From the NCBI RefSeq assembly GCF_009914755.1, contig NC_060934.1: a DNA stretch of 64,000 nucleotides; one strand, 5' to 3'. The notes below the pieces were generated by a model, which saw only the letters and a program-made list of their open reading frames with translations, searched no databases and had not been told where the DNA came from. Made by a program: the position numbers and the translations under genes. This DNA is from the human T2T-CHM13v2.0 reference genome, Homo sapiens. Of the stretch, positions 39,327 to 57,088 are shown one piece after another; the stretch's first letter is position 1, and the number at the start of each line of letters is the position of its first letter.

Positions 39327-41308
39327 TCAGTCTTTTTTCTTTCCTTAAATTTGATTTCAATGACCCTATCTTCAAATTCACTCATTCTTCTGCTTGCTCA
39401 AATATGCTTTTAAATCCCTCTAGCAAAGTTGTTGTACTTTTCAGCTCCAGAATTTGTTTTCTCTATCTTTATTGATGTTTCCATTTTGTTTATAGTTTTC
39501 TTGACTTTGTCCACATTATCTTTTAGCTTTTTAAACATCTTTAAGACAGTGTTTTAATTTGTCTGGTAAGCCCACAATCTGGTCTTTTTCAGGGACAGTT
39601 TCTTTTCTTTTTTGCTTTCAATTAGTCATACTTTCTTGTTTCTTTGTTCATCTTTTGATTTTTTTGTTGTTGTTGAAAAGTGGACATTTGAAATTTATGG
39701 TGTGGTATCTCTGGAGATCAGATTCTCCCCATTACCCAAGGTTTGCTAGGCTTTTTGTTCTCATTCATTTATTTTTAAAAAATAGTTACAGGGTGTCTGC
39801 ATATGAAAGATTAGACTGAGATGTAAACTTAAGCTCTTCTGAGGTCACTTCTGAGCCTGGACCTTTTCCTGGGCATGTGTGGCAACTTTCTAAATTCCTC
39901 TGTATACGTGGTTGCTAAAGGTCCCAGTCCTTACATTTCTGGTTCCGATAATGGAAAAAAAAAAAAAAGAGAGAGAGAGAGAGAGAAATGAAGGGGAAAG
40001 CACGAAGTCTTTAAATCCTCAGGAATTTACTTCATCTAAAACATGGGTGCTAGAAAGAACTATTTCACTTTCTCCACCCTAGGCTCTGGGAATGGCTCAG
40101 AAATTTTGCCAAGGAAGGGGGGATGAAGGCCAGGGGGGAAGCAATTCATTAAATCAAAAGAGCATCTCTCCAGTGAATAAGGGGAAGGACTTGCAACAAT
40201 GGCAATGAGTTACAATAGCCGCTCACCTCTGTGTTTACACCTCCGTGTCTGCACCTCCACGATCAGAAGGAGCAATCAGTGACTAGAGCACAGTTCCCCA
40301 ATATTTGCAGGACAGGGTCCTTAATGCCTATCCTGGCTTCAGCAAGCTGCTTCAGGAACACATACAAAGCTGCTGGCACAGGTGATGGGTAGCCACTACC
40401 ATGCTCAGAGCTAAAATTAACCACACGTAACCACAATTTGCCATACAAGCCTTCCTACAGGAACAGCTTCTGAGGTCAGTACTGGAGGTTTGTTCTGACA
40501 CAAGGGGGGCCTATTATTAGTTGTCTCTTTCGTTGGTTCACCTCTGGTAAACACGTGGCCTATGTTTAGCTTGGAATTCTCACTGAAGCTGTCAGCTGCT
40601 TCTTGTTTTTCATCAAAATCTCGTTTTTGAGTACCCTTAGATTTGACCTTTCCTGTACACTCATTCAAATAAGGTCAGTTCATTAGCAGAGTTTTTGACC
40701 TCTTGATTTTATGAATTGTTTTCCCCACTTGGTGAAATCTCTGAGCCATGCCCCAGAGGCTAAGGTGGAGAGAGTGGAATGATTATTTCTAGGAACCGTG
40801 TTTTAGGAGAAGGGTGCTGGGTAGGGAGGGTAAGAGGGTGCTGGTCTTCTAGGCTTTCCTCTTCTGGCTTGGAACCTCCACACTACTAAGTCAAAGTAAG
40901 GGTAACTGGGCCCCTATATTCTCAGGACACCATGCCTGAGATAGAGCCTGTGTCATGTGAATGGGGTCTGGGTGGAAGGGAGTCCGGGATTTCTCCTCAG
41001 CTGTACTAACCTGCAATTTAGCCTCTTAAACAACTTGCAGGAGATGTATGAGAAATACTAGCAGCCTGCCCCTCCCATGTAGATGCCACTGCCCTCAAAT
41101 GGGAGCTGGGAGGCAAGGGAGCTCTGTTTTCTTGGCTGCACCCACTTAGAGTTTGTCATATTGACCTGGGAGGAAGACGGGAGGGCACTGATTGTGGTTC
41201 AAATACCACAGACTCTCACTGTTCCTAATGACTTTTAGTAGATTTTTCTTGAATAAGTAGTGGTTAGTTGCTGTATGCCCTAAGAACCACTTCCAAAGAC
41301 CTATATAA

Positions 41309-44992
<3,684 letters not shown>

Positions 44993-45229
44993 CCAAAGAC
45001 CTACATAATTTTAATCAGTTATGCTCACTTCACTGAGAAGTAGGTCTACAGAGGTCCTCATGCTGCCATTGTGGAAGTCATGGTAACTTTTTATATTTAT
45101 TGCCCCACTAGAAAATAAGTTCTATAAAAGCACAGAGTTTTGTCTGTTTCATCTAGAAATAACTCCTAAGCAACTACAAAAATGACATACCTATTGGTTG
45201 GATGAATATATTTAGGATTTCCTTGGTTC

Positions 45230-45400
45230 TTATTTAACTCTCAGAATAACCCCACAAAGTAGGTACTACTGCCATTCGCATTTAGAGAGGAAGAAACTGA
45301 GGTTTTCAGTAGTTAAATTACCTGTCCAGTCACATATTTGTTAAGTGTGGTGGATGTATATGCAGGCCTCACTGACTCCAAAGTCCATGCTCTTGAACAG
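45230..45400 (-). repeat. MIR
   Basis: Core gaggaagaaactgagg...ttaaattacctgtcc. Confidence 0.65.
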
Positions 45401-46594
45401 TGTGCTTTACTATGGACTGCTCACACCCCTCAGTCCAGCTCTTACTAGACGGCCTTTAACAACTCTTCAATCACATTCAAGAGCCTCACTCCGCAGTACA
45501 GACAGCTGCAGAGGGTCAGTTCTTCTGGAATTAAGGCCTGCACATTTTACTGAACATACCTGGCCACTTACACAGGGAGCTTTCCTCAAAGAAAGCAACA
45601 AAGGCAACCACAGCCAACCCACTGCTCAGTCCCAGTCCCTACCCTTACTCCCTCTTCAACCCTGACCCTGGAGCACAGCCTATCCTCAAAAGCCTTTACC
45701 TACATCCAGGACAGGCTTGAAAACACAAGACGCTAATGGATTCCAATGACAGTCATTTGGAGTTTTGGATCCCATCTACTATAAGCTAATCTCACCTTCT
45801 TTTCTCTGTAACTACCAAATACCACTGAACTCCCCTCAAACCAATTCCAATTCCAAAGTGCACAAACTACCTCTCCAGTTCTCTGCCCAGAACCAGTTCT
45901 ACGCCCAGAACCAGTTCTCCAAAGGATAAAGGCTAAAGACTGGAGCCTCAGCAATCAGCTCCCTCAGAGGCTGGAGACAACATAAGCCCCCCATAAGGGG
46001 CTATGCCTTCCCCTCCCGGTGTCGTCAGAGGCCCAACTCATCACATTGCTGAATTTAGTGTCCCATGAGCCACTGTAGACACTCGGTAGCAATCATTCCA
46101 AAAGTTGTAATAAGTTGGTGCTGCTCAAATTAATCTCTCCCTGGAGGCCTTGCCCCTTCACAGTCACAAAGGACATGGTCTGGAGCGGTCTTAAATAACA
46201 GCCTTGTCTACATAGAAAGCTACCACAAACTGCGTATCAATTTCACTTGTGAACACAGAAAAAAACATTTAAATAAAGCTGAAAACGAGAACAACAATTA
46301 AAGTGTCATCTCCATGACTGTTTTCCCAGGTTGCAAAATACATCAACTTGGAAAAACTATATATATATTAAACAAAAATGAAAAAAAATTCAGAAAACAA
46401 TCTAAAAGAAATGATTCATCCTCTCAGTTCATTTGAAGTGCAAAGTCTGACATTTCTACAAAGGGCATGATGGTTTGTGATAATCTCTTCACTGAACTGT
46501 GTACCATGAGAATCTTCAGTGGTAAATATATATTTATTAAATACATATTAATAAAATGTCTCTGTTATATTCATTATAATAATATAGTCAAGAT

Positions 46595-46842
46595 CAGGGG
46601 TGTCCAATCTTGATCAGGGGTGTCCAATCTTTTGTCTTCCGTGGGCCACAATGGAAGGAAGAAATGTCTTTGGCCACATATAAAGTACATTAACACTAAC
46701 GATAGGTGATGAGCTAAAAAAAGTAAAAATAACACAAAAAAAGCTCACAATGTTTTAAGAAAATTTACAAATTTGTGTTGGGCTGCATTCAAAGTCATCC
46801 TGGGCAACAGGCAGCCCATGGGCCACAGGTTAGACAAGCCTG
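46595..46842 (+). mobile_element. MER30 (hAT-Charlie)
   Basis: caggggtgtccaatctt...ttagacaagcctg; 8-bp TSD gtcaagat/atcaagat. Confidence 0.85.
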
Positions 46843-47017
46843 ATCAAGATGTTTACATGTTCTAAAAAATACCTAGAATTAATGTGCGGTCTATGTGAAG
46901 GAAACTATAAAACTTGGTCAAGATGTTTACATGTTCTAAAAAACATACAGAATGTGCAGGCTATGTGAAGGAAACTATAAAAGTTTATTGAATGACAGCT
47001 TAAAAAATGCAAACAGT

Positions 47018-47348
<331 letters not shown>

Positions 47349-47527
47349 TCATTTTTTAACAAAAAAATGAAACGTATTATGTCACAACATTCCAAACAAA
47401 TTCTCAACGTTCTATATTTTCAAATCTTCTGTACTGCAGCTAGAACAAATGTAAATTTTATGTGAAATAATGAGGGGGGTCAAGAATTTTGTGAAGATAC
47501 AGACTAAAGCTTGACTAGAGATGTGTC

Positions 47528-47838
47528 TTTATTTATTTATTTTTTGGTTGTTTTTTGAGACAGAGTCTCGCTCTGTTGCCCAGGCTGGAGGGCAGAGGCA
47601 CGATCTCGGCTCACTGCAACCTCCATCTCCTGGGTTCAAGCGATTCTTGTGTCTTAGCCTCCTGAGTACCTAGGGCTACAGGCACATGCCACCATGCCTG
47701 GCTAATTTTTGTATTTTTAGTAGAGAGAAGGTTTCACCATGTTGGCCAGGCTGGTCTTGAACTCCTGACCTAAGGTGATCCACCCACCTCGGCCTCCCAA
47801 ATTGCTAGGATTACAGACGTGAGCCACCATACCAGGGC
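47528..47838 (-). repeat. AluSx
   Basis: Full dimer. Confidence 0.9.
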
Positions 47839-47944
47839 AAAGATGCATCTTTAATGGCTACGATAAACTAAGTATTTTAGAGTCTGAAAAAAAATATGTA
47901 AAGGCCTAAGATGATGTAAGAATTCAGTATATGATAATGGTGGC

Positions 47945-48409
47945 TATGTCAGTTTTCCAGAAAAATTGAACCAATAAGATGTATATATAGAAAGAGCTTT
48001 ATGATAAGGAATTGGCTCACCTGATTATGGAGGCTAGCAAGTCCCAAGATCTGCAGGTTGAGTTAGCAAACTCGGGGCCCAGGAGGACTGAGAGTGTTAT
48101 TCCAGGCTGAAGGCTCAAGACCCAGGAAAAGCTAATGTTTCAATTGAGTCTAAAGGCAGGAAAAAGCTGATATCCAGTTTGAAGGTCACTGGTAGGAATT
48201 CTTACTCACGAGTGTTGGCATTTTTGTTCTATTCAGGCCTTCAATCAGTTGGATGAGTCCCACCCACTCTCATCTGCTTTACTTAGTCTACTGATTTAAA
48301 TGTTAATCTCATCCAATACCCCCTCACAGATATACCGAGAAGAATGTTAGACCAAGCATCTGGGCACCCCATGACCCAGTCAAGTTGACATATAAAATTA
48401 ACCATCACA
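47945..48409 (-). mobile_element. MLT2 (ERVL) LTR
   Basis: aaggaattggctcac...gacccagtcaagttgacatataaaattaaccatcaca. Confidence 0.85.
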
Positions 48410-48635
48410 GTGACATTTCAAAGTAGAGAGAAATAGGTCTATTTAATAAATGGTGTTGGGGTAAGTGGTTCTCTCTGTAGATCACATGGTACGTGTAAAT
48501 GTTTACCTCACATAATAAATATACTTGATATGGAAATATAAAATTTAAACTACCAAAGCATTTAAAAATTATAATGAGCATTTATAATCTTAATGTTAAG
48601 ACTGCATACCAATTGCAGAGGCAAAAAATTATTTT

Positions 48636-48637
<2 letters not shown>

Positions 48638-48672
<35 letters not shown>

Positions 48673-48959
48673 AGACGGAGTCTCCCTCTGTAGCCCAGGC
48701 TGGAGTGGAGCGGCGCGATCTCGGCTCACTGCAAGCTCCACCTCTCCGGTTCACACCATTCTCCTGCCTCAGCCTCCTGAGTAGCTGGGACTATAGGTGC
48801 CCACCACCACACCCAGCTGATTTTTTTTTTTTTTTTTTTTTAGTAGAGACGGGGTTTCACCATGTTAGCCAGGATGGTCTCGATCTCCTGACCTCGTGAT
48901 CTGCCTGCCTTGGCCTCCCAAAGTGCTGGGATTACAGACGTGAGCCACCGCACCCAGCC
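48638..48959 (-). repeat. AluY
   Basis: AluY diagnostics, expanded A tracts. Confidence 0.9.
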
Positions 48960-49387
48960 AAAATTACTTAAAAGCTTGAAGTAATTTGAAAACTTAAAAA
49001 AAAATATTCCCATAGACAAATGTTAAAGTATATCTCCCAGAAATGAGAAACACTATCCTGTTGATATGTTGTTCATAAAGTGAAAAAAGCAATAGTTTCC
49101 ATTGTTCCTCTAAAAAGGTAAACTATATACTTAGATTTGTAAGAGCACATGAACCAAGAAAATATCTTAATAATCTTCCATGACTAGCTATTATAAAATG
49201 ATGAGCACCTCAATTAAAGTGAGCCTAGTGATATAAGCCAACATTAAGAAAGTGAAGGGTAATTATTTTTAAATTGTTCAATGTCTGTAGAAAATTTAGA
49301 AACTAAAATGTTTAAGAAATATTTTATCATGTTATATTAGTAAGGTTGGAATTTTTTTAACAAAAAAAAGAACAGCACCCACTGTGA

Positions 49388-49712
<325 letters not shown>

Positions 49713-50839
49713 GTCACATTTCCAAACTTTGAATGGGAATGAAATCCATACAGACCTCCTGGAGTCAGTTTCATTAGAACTGAAAATAAACTCACCCCTA
49801 TTATCCAGAGAGTAGACTCTGAGAAATTAATTTGAAGACGACAACTTGGTTGCCCTGTGTCTGCAGGTGAAAAAAAAAAAAGGGGGGGAGAGAGAGAGAA
49901 AACTTGGACAAGTGTAGAAAGGTATATGCTCAAAGGTGTTCCTCCATAATGTTCATTTGTAAGAGTAAAAATATGGGAAGCTACCTAAAAGTGAGCCATT
50001 GATAGGATGTAGATAAAATATTGTTGATCCAGCAGAGAAATTTTAAGTAGTCGTAAAAATGATCAGGTAAGGGTAGAAAAACTAACATGGAAAACTGGTA
50101 ATCGCGTATTGTAAATGAGTTCACCATATATATTGTATTTCCATTGTGTAAGTGTGTGTGTGTATCCTAAAAGGACACTGAAATATAAGAAGTAATATAA
50201 ACCAAAAGTCCCTGGTAAAACTATCATGACACACAGATAACAGAAAGTACTATTTTCCCCACTAATTTTCTCATATAAATAAGTGGAAAAACACATTTTC
50301 AGAGAGTGTAACCGTATGACTTCTGTGGTAAAGTCATGTCAGTGATTTTAATGTCTATTTTCTGAGTATTATTTCCTCATCATTACCTACTAAACTAACT
50401 CCATGTTGTTTCATGGTTAAAGTTTTTCACAGCCTTTGATAGCATCTGACTGTTCTTCTAAAGTTATGGACGTTCAGGTACGTTTTTCATCACTACCACT
50501 AACATTACCAGTTTGAAAACTTAGGTAACTTTTCTATAGGAACTTTAAAATATTTTTAACTGTAATAATGTCACAATAATGTCTGTACAAATCACCAAAT
50601 CATCTGAGAAAACTAAAAACCATACGTAATAGTAGTATCAATTCATCTACAGTTAATTTCCTGTGGATGAGCTGATACTACTATTTATTTCTCTTTAGAA
50701 GCAATTAAAAATACAACTTAAAACTCTCCGGCTATGCCTGGATCTAATTCCAGGCAACAAATCTCTTATGATTTTGTACATATTCTAGCATTTGATTAAT
50801 ATTCTGACCATATTTCTTGATTTGTAATACTCAAATGCC

Positions 50840-52030
50840 CATAAAACTCCAGTGTATTATAAATTCTCTACAGGCTCATATATATTGGTTACAGTGCATG
50901 GAAAAAGGCCCAGACAGAACTAAAAACCAAGTTACTTTAGGGAAGTGAACCAATATGTGGGTGAGGTGGGTTGAAGAGAACTCATCTGTCAAATGCCAAA
51001 GAAGACTTATTCTCCCAGTAATCGCAGCTGGTGCAGACATCAGCATAGGGGAATCTAGGCCTGAGAAAGCTAAGGAAGTCTCACTATGTCATGGGCACCA
51101 GTCATGGCTGCCAAGCTTCTCCAAGTTCGTTTTCTGTTTTAAGGGATGTTATCAGAGATCCACAAGAATAGGGCAAGCCTTTACTAGGGGTCTGAGTTGA
51201 AGAAATTCTGAACTCTTCTTTTCTGAGGTCTTGAGCTTCCTTTAGGGGATCAGTAAAGGGAGAATTTTTGGCTGTTACTGAAAGCAGGCTTACCGGTAAG
51301 GCCCACTTTTGTAGAGAGGATAACTACCCCATTCTGTAGACAAAGAAACCAATAACAGAGAGTATTGGCCATACCAAAGTATGGACTCCAAACATGGGAT
51401 AGCTTTATATTAGTCATCAGTTCTCACCTACCAAAGTATCTGAGACCTTTCTCTTCATAAGTGCTGTCTAGGAGAGACATTGGTTCTTTGTCATCTGAAA
51501 GAGAAGCCTGGGAATGCAAGATCTGAGAAGAGTGGTAGGTTGGGAAAAGGGAGTTGGAGTTCCTCAGATAAAGGGAGGAGGTTGAGTGTGCAGTGTCCAG
51601 TCACTGGACGAGAGATGAAGATTCAGTGGAAAAATAGGAATGGGAATAGGTAAGTCTTCCTCAGAAAAGGAGAGATATGATGAAAGGATCCAGGGCAGTC
51701 ACAGCCACGGTCTCTGGTTGCCAGAAGCAAACAGGGGTAGGGGTTGAAGGCATCAAGGATACCCAAGGGCTGAACCCTCCCAGAAGCAATAGTTCCACAT
51801 TTCCCTGCTAAATACAGGTAGGGTGTGAAGTGACAGGGCCCACTAGACCAGAGGAGGGCAATTTCAAGATGGAAAGTAGGCCCAATTCCAAAAACAGGCT
51901 CTTAGGAGTTTACCAGAAAACTATTTCCAGGGACTGGGAGTGATTAGTCATTTCAGAAATCACAAATCTATGACTGAGCAATTCTCATCCTGGTTTAAAC
52001 ATGAGTGCACTGGGGGATAAACTGTTCATT
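50840..52030 (-). mobile_element. Possible ERV1 internal (leader/gag) remnant
   Basis: Purine-skewed retroviral-like sequence, no ORF. Confidence 0.3.
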
Positions 52031-52959
52031 GTGAGATCAGTCTAGTGTATGAGAAAAAGTATTTCTTTTAATAGAATGCAGTATAAGAGAAAATATCAAA
52101 GTACATTACAGGTAATTAGGGTAAGGGTCTCACGAAACAGAATTTGTTGGTTTACATGCATGTGTTAGATACACACATGTGAACACACTCTTCTTCGAGA
52201 TCTTATCCACATCACTCCTCCCTCAATGTAGCCTGCTCAGTGAGGTCTTTTCCTCTCCATCCTATCTAAAATCAAACCTTGTATCTGACAACTTTTCCTA
52301 TTTTGATTTTTCTTTATGGCGCTTATCATAGCCATCTTCTTTTCTTTTTTCATTTTTGTGTTGTGGACTGACTTTCAATAGATTACAGAGCAAATGTACT
52401 TTCTCAATATGACTGCTGGAAGCAATAAGGACACAAACTCTCTGGTCTACAGTGACCTCCCAATAAAAATATTCTAGGAGGGCTTGTCACTGGCCTATTT
52501 TACAACAAACTATCATTTCTGGATCAATACAAATGTGGAGGACATGAAGACACAGTACTCTGCAGAGCCAGGATTGGGGTAAATGCCACCCCGTGATCAC
52601 AATGACATGTTCTATTACTAGAAGAATGCAGAAAAGTTGCATTGAGCAGTCAAAAGCAATAGTCATAACACATATTTAAGTACATAATAAAAATGTATCA
52701 AACTAACACAAGAAAGGGTGAATTAATCAAACAGTGCAGGGACAACTGGCTATTTATTTGGAAGAATACAGAGCTGCTTACCTTACACCACATACAATAA
52801 GAAACACCACAGGGAGGTATGAATAATGTAATTTAATATAATGTCTGCTTCACACATGTTGAAGGAGAGACATACCTGTGTAGTTCCAAAGGGAGTTTAC
52901 TTATGCTAACAGGAAAGCAGAACAAACAGAAACACTTAACTTGCAACTAGTAGAATAAC

Positions 52960-52965
52960 TTTATT
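52960..52965 (-). terminator. ZNF248: Probable ZNF248 polyadenylation signal (AATAAA); 3'UTR ~52943-55586
   Basis: tttatt on + strand; GU/U-rich sequence (gtgtttctgtttgttc) follows on the minus strand. Confidence 0.65.
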
Positions 52966-52989
52966 TCTAACACTGAGCCTTCTACATAG

Positions 52990-53990
52990 GAATTTACAGA
53001 AATGAATAACACTGTGCTGCTTATTCTCCATTTCTCTTCCCAGATTCTCTCTCCACCCTTCTCTGTGCCCACCTGGGCTCTCCAGCAGATGTATCTGGTT
53101 GGTTTCTCCAAAGAGAGACACCAGCAATTTGGCACCACAGTTCTGGTAGTAATGATGTCTCTTACAAGGTGGCCCCTCCTTCATGACAGCAGTTCTTACT
53201 GGGCTCTGGTAACACTGTTTCCCTCCTTGCCCTTCAAGGCTCAGAATGGCAATGGCTTCCTGCTGATACAAGTCTCTGGGTGTTTCACTGTCCCTTGTTT
53301 CTGGCCCACACCACTGTAATCAGTCTGCCATTAAAATATTTTTAGTTGGAGAATTCTGTTTTCCACCAGAAAGAACCATGGCTGATACAAACAGCCATCC
53401 CTATATTAACTTGTGAAAAGAAATAATTCTTCCCCCTAATTACCATATAGAACATTAACACTTAGAAAAATATTCCTCTGTGTCAGCTGGAATGCCTTCA
53501 GCTCTAAGTATCAGACAGCCCTAAGACCAAATAAAAAACAGTTATTGAGGGTTATAAAAAGTCCCAGTAGAGAACAGGTATAGAGAGCAGAGTAGCTCGG
53601 CAACGTCACCTCTGAGCTGGCTTTTCCCACCTTGTGCACTGTTATCTTCAGGCTACTGCCCTTCAGAGATAAAAACGATAAGCCAATACCATGTTACAGA
53701 CATGAAAAAGCCCAGCAGAGTCTCTTCTCATGTCATGACAATGTTGTATCAAGGAGATCTTTCCCAGAAGTACTACACAATACTTCCCAAACATCTCATT
53801 GCTCCCAAGTTCACCCCAACAGAATCATTAAAATGGAACTTCCATGATTAGCTTTGACTAATCTGGACTTACCACCTAAGTCATCTGGGAGAAGGATGCA
53901 CAAAAATATAAAATTTAGCTCAGCAAGGATGAAGTAGGGAATGGCCATCATGTGGGCAGTGTCTCTTAGAACTGCTGACCAATGTGTTCC
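52990..53990. mobile_element. LTR16-like (~52990-53389) and MLT1J/K-like (~53480-53990) LTRs in the ZNF248 3'UTR
   Basis: LTR-like ends ...ggctgataca and tgtgtcagctggaatgccttcagc. Confidence 0.5.
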
Positions 53991-54582
53991 AAGGGGGCAA
54001 AAGAAACAACAGGACAAGGGAGGCAGAGATACTCTAAAATACTAATACGCAGAACTAGTGTTACATAGACCGTGCCCAAACAGATACACAATGAAAAATC
54101 AAGGATATCAAAAGGGCCTTTCATTACATACCGCCACTTTTTGAGGAGTGCAGTGTTACTGCTTGTTAACCTTTGCATAATTTATGTAAAAACCATTCTT
54201 ATTAACAACATTTACATTACAGAATGACCCAGAGGTAGCTGAAAAACCTCAGAAAAGTACTGTTTAACTTCTTTACTGAAGTGATAGTTCAATAATGGCC
54301 ATATTCATGCATATATGCCAGGAAACAGTCAGAGGAAAGGTACGTGATATAGTTCTTTGTGAAATAATATTTCACTAAAAACATATACTGGCCAACCTAC
54401 AAAGAGACTCCGGTAGTATTTAGAGTAGGACAGATTCAGAGGTAGTTAAAAACCTCACGGAAATATTTTTGGCTTCTTTCTTGAAGACGTGGTTCAGCTG
54501 TAAATGGCCATAGCCATTTATTTATGTCAGGAAATAGAAGGGGTATGTGGTTTGTATTGCCAAATACGTTTTCATATATACA

Positions 54583-54976
54583 CAGTGATGTGCTGTAAAT
54601 ATTTGACAGCAGGTTCTCTGAGAAAATTAAAACCCTGATTTATAGTTTGTCAATTTCCATGGTGTAAACACTCCCACTAAGTCCAAGCTACCAAGACAGC
54701 ACTGAATGTGGAGCTGGGAAGAGACAGATGTGCAGTGCACACTATTATACAGTATTTTCATCATACAGATTAAATAAGTAAAACAGCAAAGGTAATAGTG
54801 AAATGTAGCAAAATAATTAGGAAGTGATGAGTGCTGAGTATTTATTACCTTTGTTTTTAACTGTAAGTTTACATATTTTAAATAATGACTGCTTTTAATA
54901 ACTGGCTCACAAAATTCCTTAAAATTTAACAATCAGAACTTTTAAGTCAGTATGAGGTTATACTAGCACATCACTA
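54583..54976 (+). mobile_element. MER63 (hAT-Blackjack) in the ZNF248 3'UTR
   Basis: TIRs cagtgatgtgctg and ctagcacatcacta. Confidence 0.7.
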
Positions 54977-55586
54977 TATTTAAGTATGTGTGTAGAAATA
55001 TATTTACATATACACACAAACATATGTACATACACATATATAATTATGTCAACCTATAAAGACACCAATGGTATTTAGTGTAGAAAATATTAACAAATAC
55101 CATAGTAGTTACTCAATTAAGGGTACGTATCTTCTCCTTATGATCATGTTGAGTTCCAATATACAAATCAAGCATACTCAAATTTATATATTTGCATACT
55201 CACATAAGGTCTACAAACATCGGGGACTCTTCACATATATGTTTAATGCTGCTGTCATTCAACTTTTATAAGCTTCAGATTCCACTGTGAATATGGGTAT
55301 AAATAAATATTGTCCATTATATTTGCAACAAAATTTTGGTATCACGTCTGGAATATAACACTAAACAACATAAATTCCAGATAAATATTTTCACCATATT
55401 ACTTAGATGAATAGAATTCCCCTCAGTACAAATTTTCTAATGAAAAGTTTTAATTTTTCTTGAAAGCTTTTACATATTCAAACAAGAAGTCATTTTCTAC
55501 AAATTTCTGACATTCTTTGGCTTTCTCTGATCTCCTTTTTTGAAACTGTATAACCAATTTCACAAGTGTATGAAGGCTTCTAACAT

Positions 55587-57088
55587 TCAGGATGTTGAAA
55601 GAGCTTTCACCCTTGTGTGAATTCTCTGATGTTTGGTGAGCACTGACCTCTGACTAAAGGTCTTCCCACATGCATTACACTCATACGGCTTCTCCCCTGT
55701 GTGAGTCCTCTGATGTTTAGTGAGAGCTGATTTTTCACAGAAGGTTTTCCCACATTCATTACACTTATATGGTTTCTCCCCAGTGTGAGTTCTTTGATGT
55801 ACAATGAGGTTTGACTTCACACAGAAGGATTTTCCACATTCATTACATATAAACGGTTTCTCCCCTGTGTGTGTTCTCTGATGCACAGTGAGGGCTGATC
55901 TGTGGCAGAAGGATTTCCCACATGCATTACATTCATAGGGCTTCTCCCCTGTGTGTGTTCTCTGATGTTCAGTGAGGTTTGACTTCACACAGAATGTTTT
56001 TCCACATTGCTTACATTCATAGGGTTTTTCTCCTGTATGTGTTCGCTGATGGTTGGTCAGGTGTGGTTTCTGGCAAAAGGCTTTCCCACATTCAGTACAT
56101 TCATAGGGCTTCTCTCCTGTGTGTGTTCTCTGATGTTGAGTGAGGTTTGACTTCTCCCAGAAGGTTTTCCCACATTCACCACATTCAAAGGTTTTTTCTC
56201 CTGTGTGAGCTCTCCGAAGCTGGGTAAGATGTGACTTCTTGCTGAAATTACTCCCATTTTCATTGTAATCATAAGACTTTCCCCCCATGTGTACTATTTG
56301 ATGTTTTAAGAGAGCTGACTTTTCCCAGGTTTTGTCACTCACTTTATATTCACGGAGAATCTTTCTTGTGTAAGCTCCCTGATGGATAATGAAAGCTGAA
56401 TTGTCACAGAAGATTTCCCCATATTCATTATATTCATAAGGATTGTCCTTTGTAAGAGCTCTCTGATGTCCAAACCTTAAATTCATGCAGAAGGACTTCC
56501 CGCAAATACTGCATCCATACGGCTCCATTTCCAAATGAGGTCTTTGAGATATATTCAGCTTTAAACTTTCAATGAAGGTTCTTCCACATTCGTTATATTT
56601 ACAGACTGTCTCTCCTATCTGAGATCTCTTATTTGTAAAAAATGCTGCCTCATCATGGAAGCCTTGTCCATTTTTACTATACTCAAAAGATTGGCCAAAA
56701 CTTGGCTGACTGAGATCCTGGTGATAATTAATGGCATTCCTTTTTTGATCATATTTATAAGACTTCTCTCCAATAGGGATTTTCTCATGCCTAATATCAA
56801 GGAGCAATTTCTCACATACATTAAACTCATCAGGCTTCTTTCTGGAACAGTTCTTTTTACTAATAATTAAGCCCGAAATATTTTTCAAATTCATTTCACA
56901 TGAGTCACATATTTTATAGGGATAATTTCTTAAAGAAACAGGGTCTGTGCCCAAATTGAAAGTTTTGCTTCCTCTATCTCCATTTTCTACACTTACTGTT
57001 TTGTTGTTGTGGAATAGAAGCTCCCAAAAATGGTCATCTTCATTTTCCTGGCTGCTCTCTAACACGTCATCAACTTTCCATTTCCTTT
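55587..57088 (-). CDS. ZNF248: ZNF248 terminal coding exon: spacer, degenerate fingers and 7 intact C2H2 fingers
   Basis: Acceptor tttttctcatttctag|AAAGGAAATGG; open frame (ORF 55587..57113) with 7 CxxC-HxxxH fingers and TGEKP linkers, ending RVKALSTS*; protein recognised as ZNF248. Confidence 0.95.

Noticed and set aside
55600-56200. 84-bp periodic repeats resembling a CRISPR-like or tandem array
   Set aside because: C2H2 zinc-finger coding repeats
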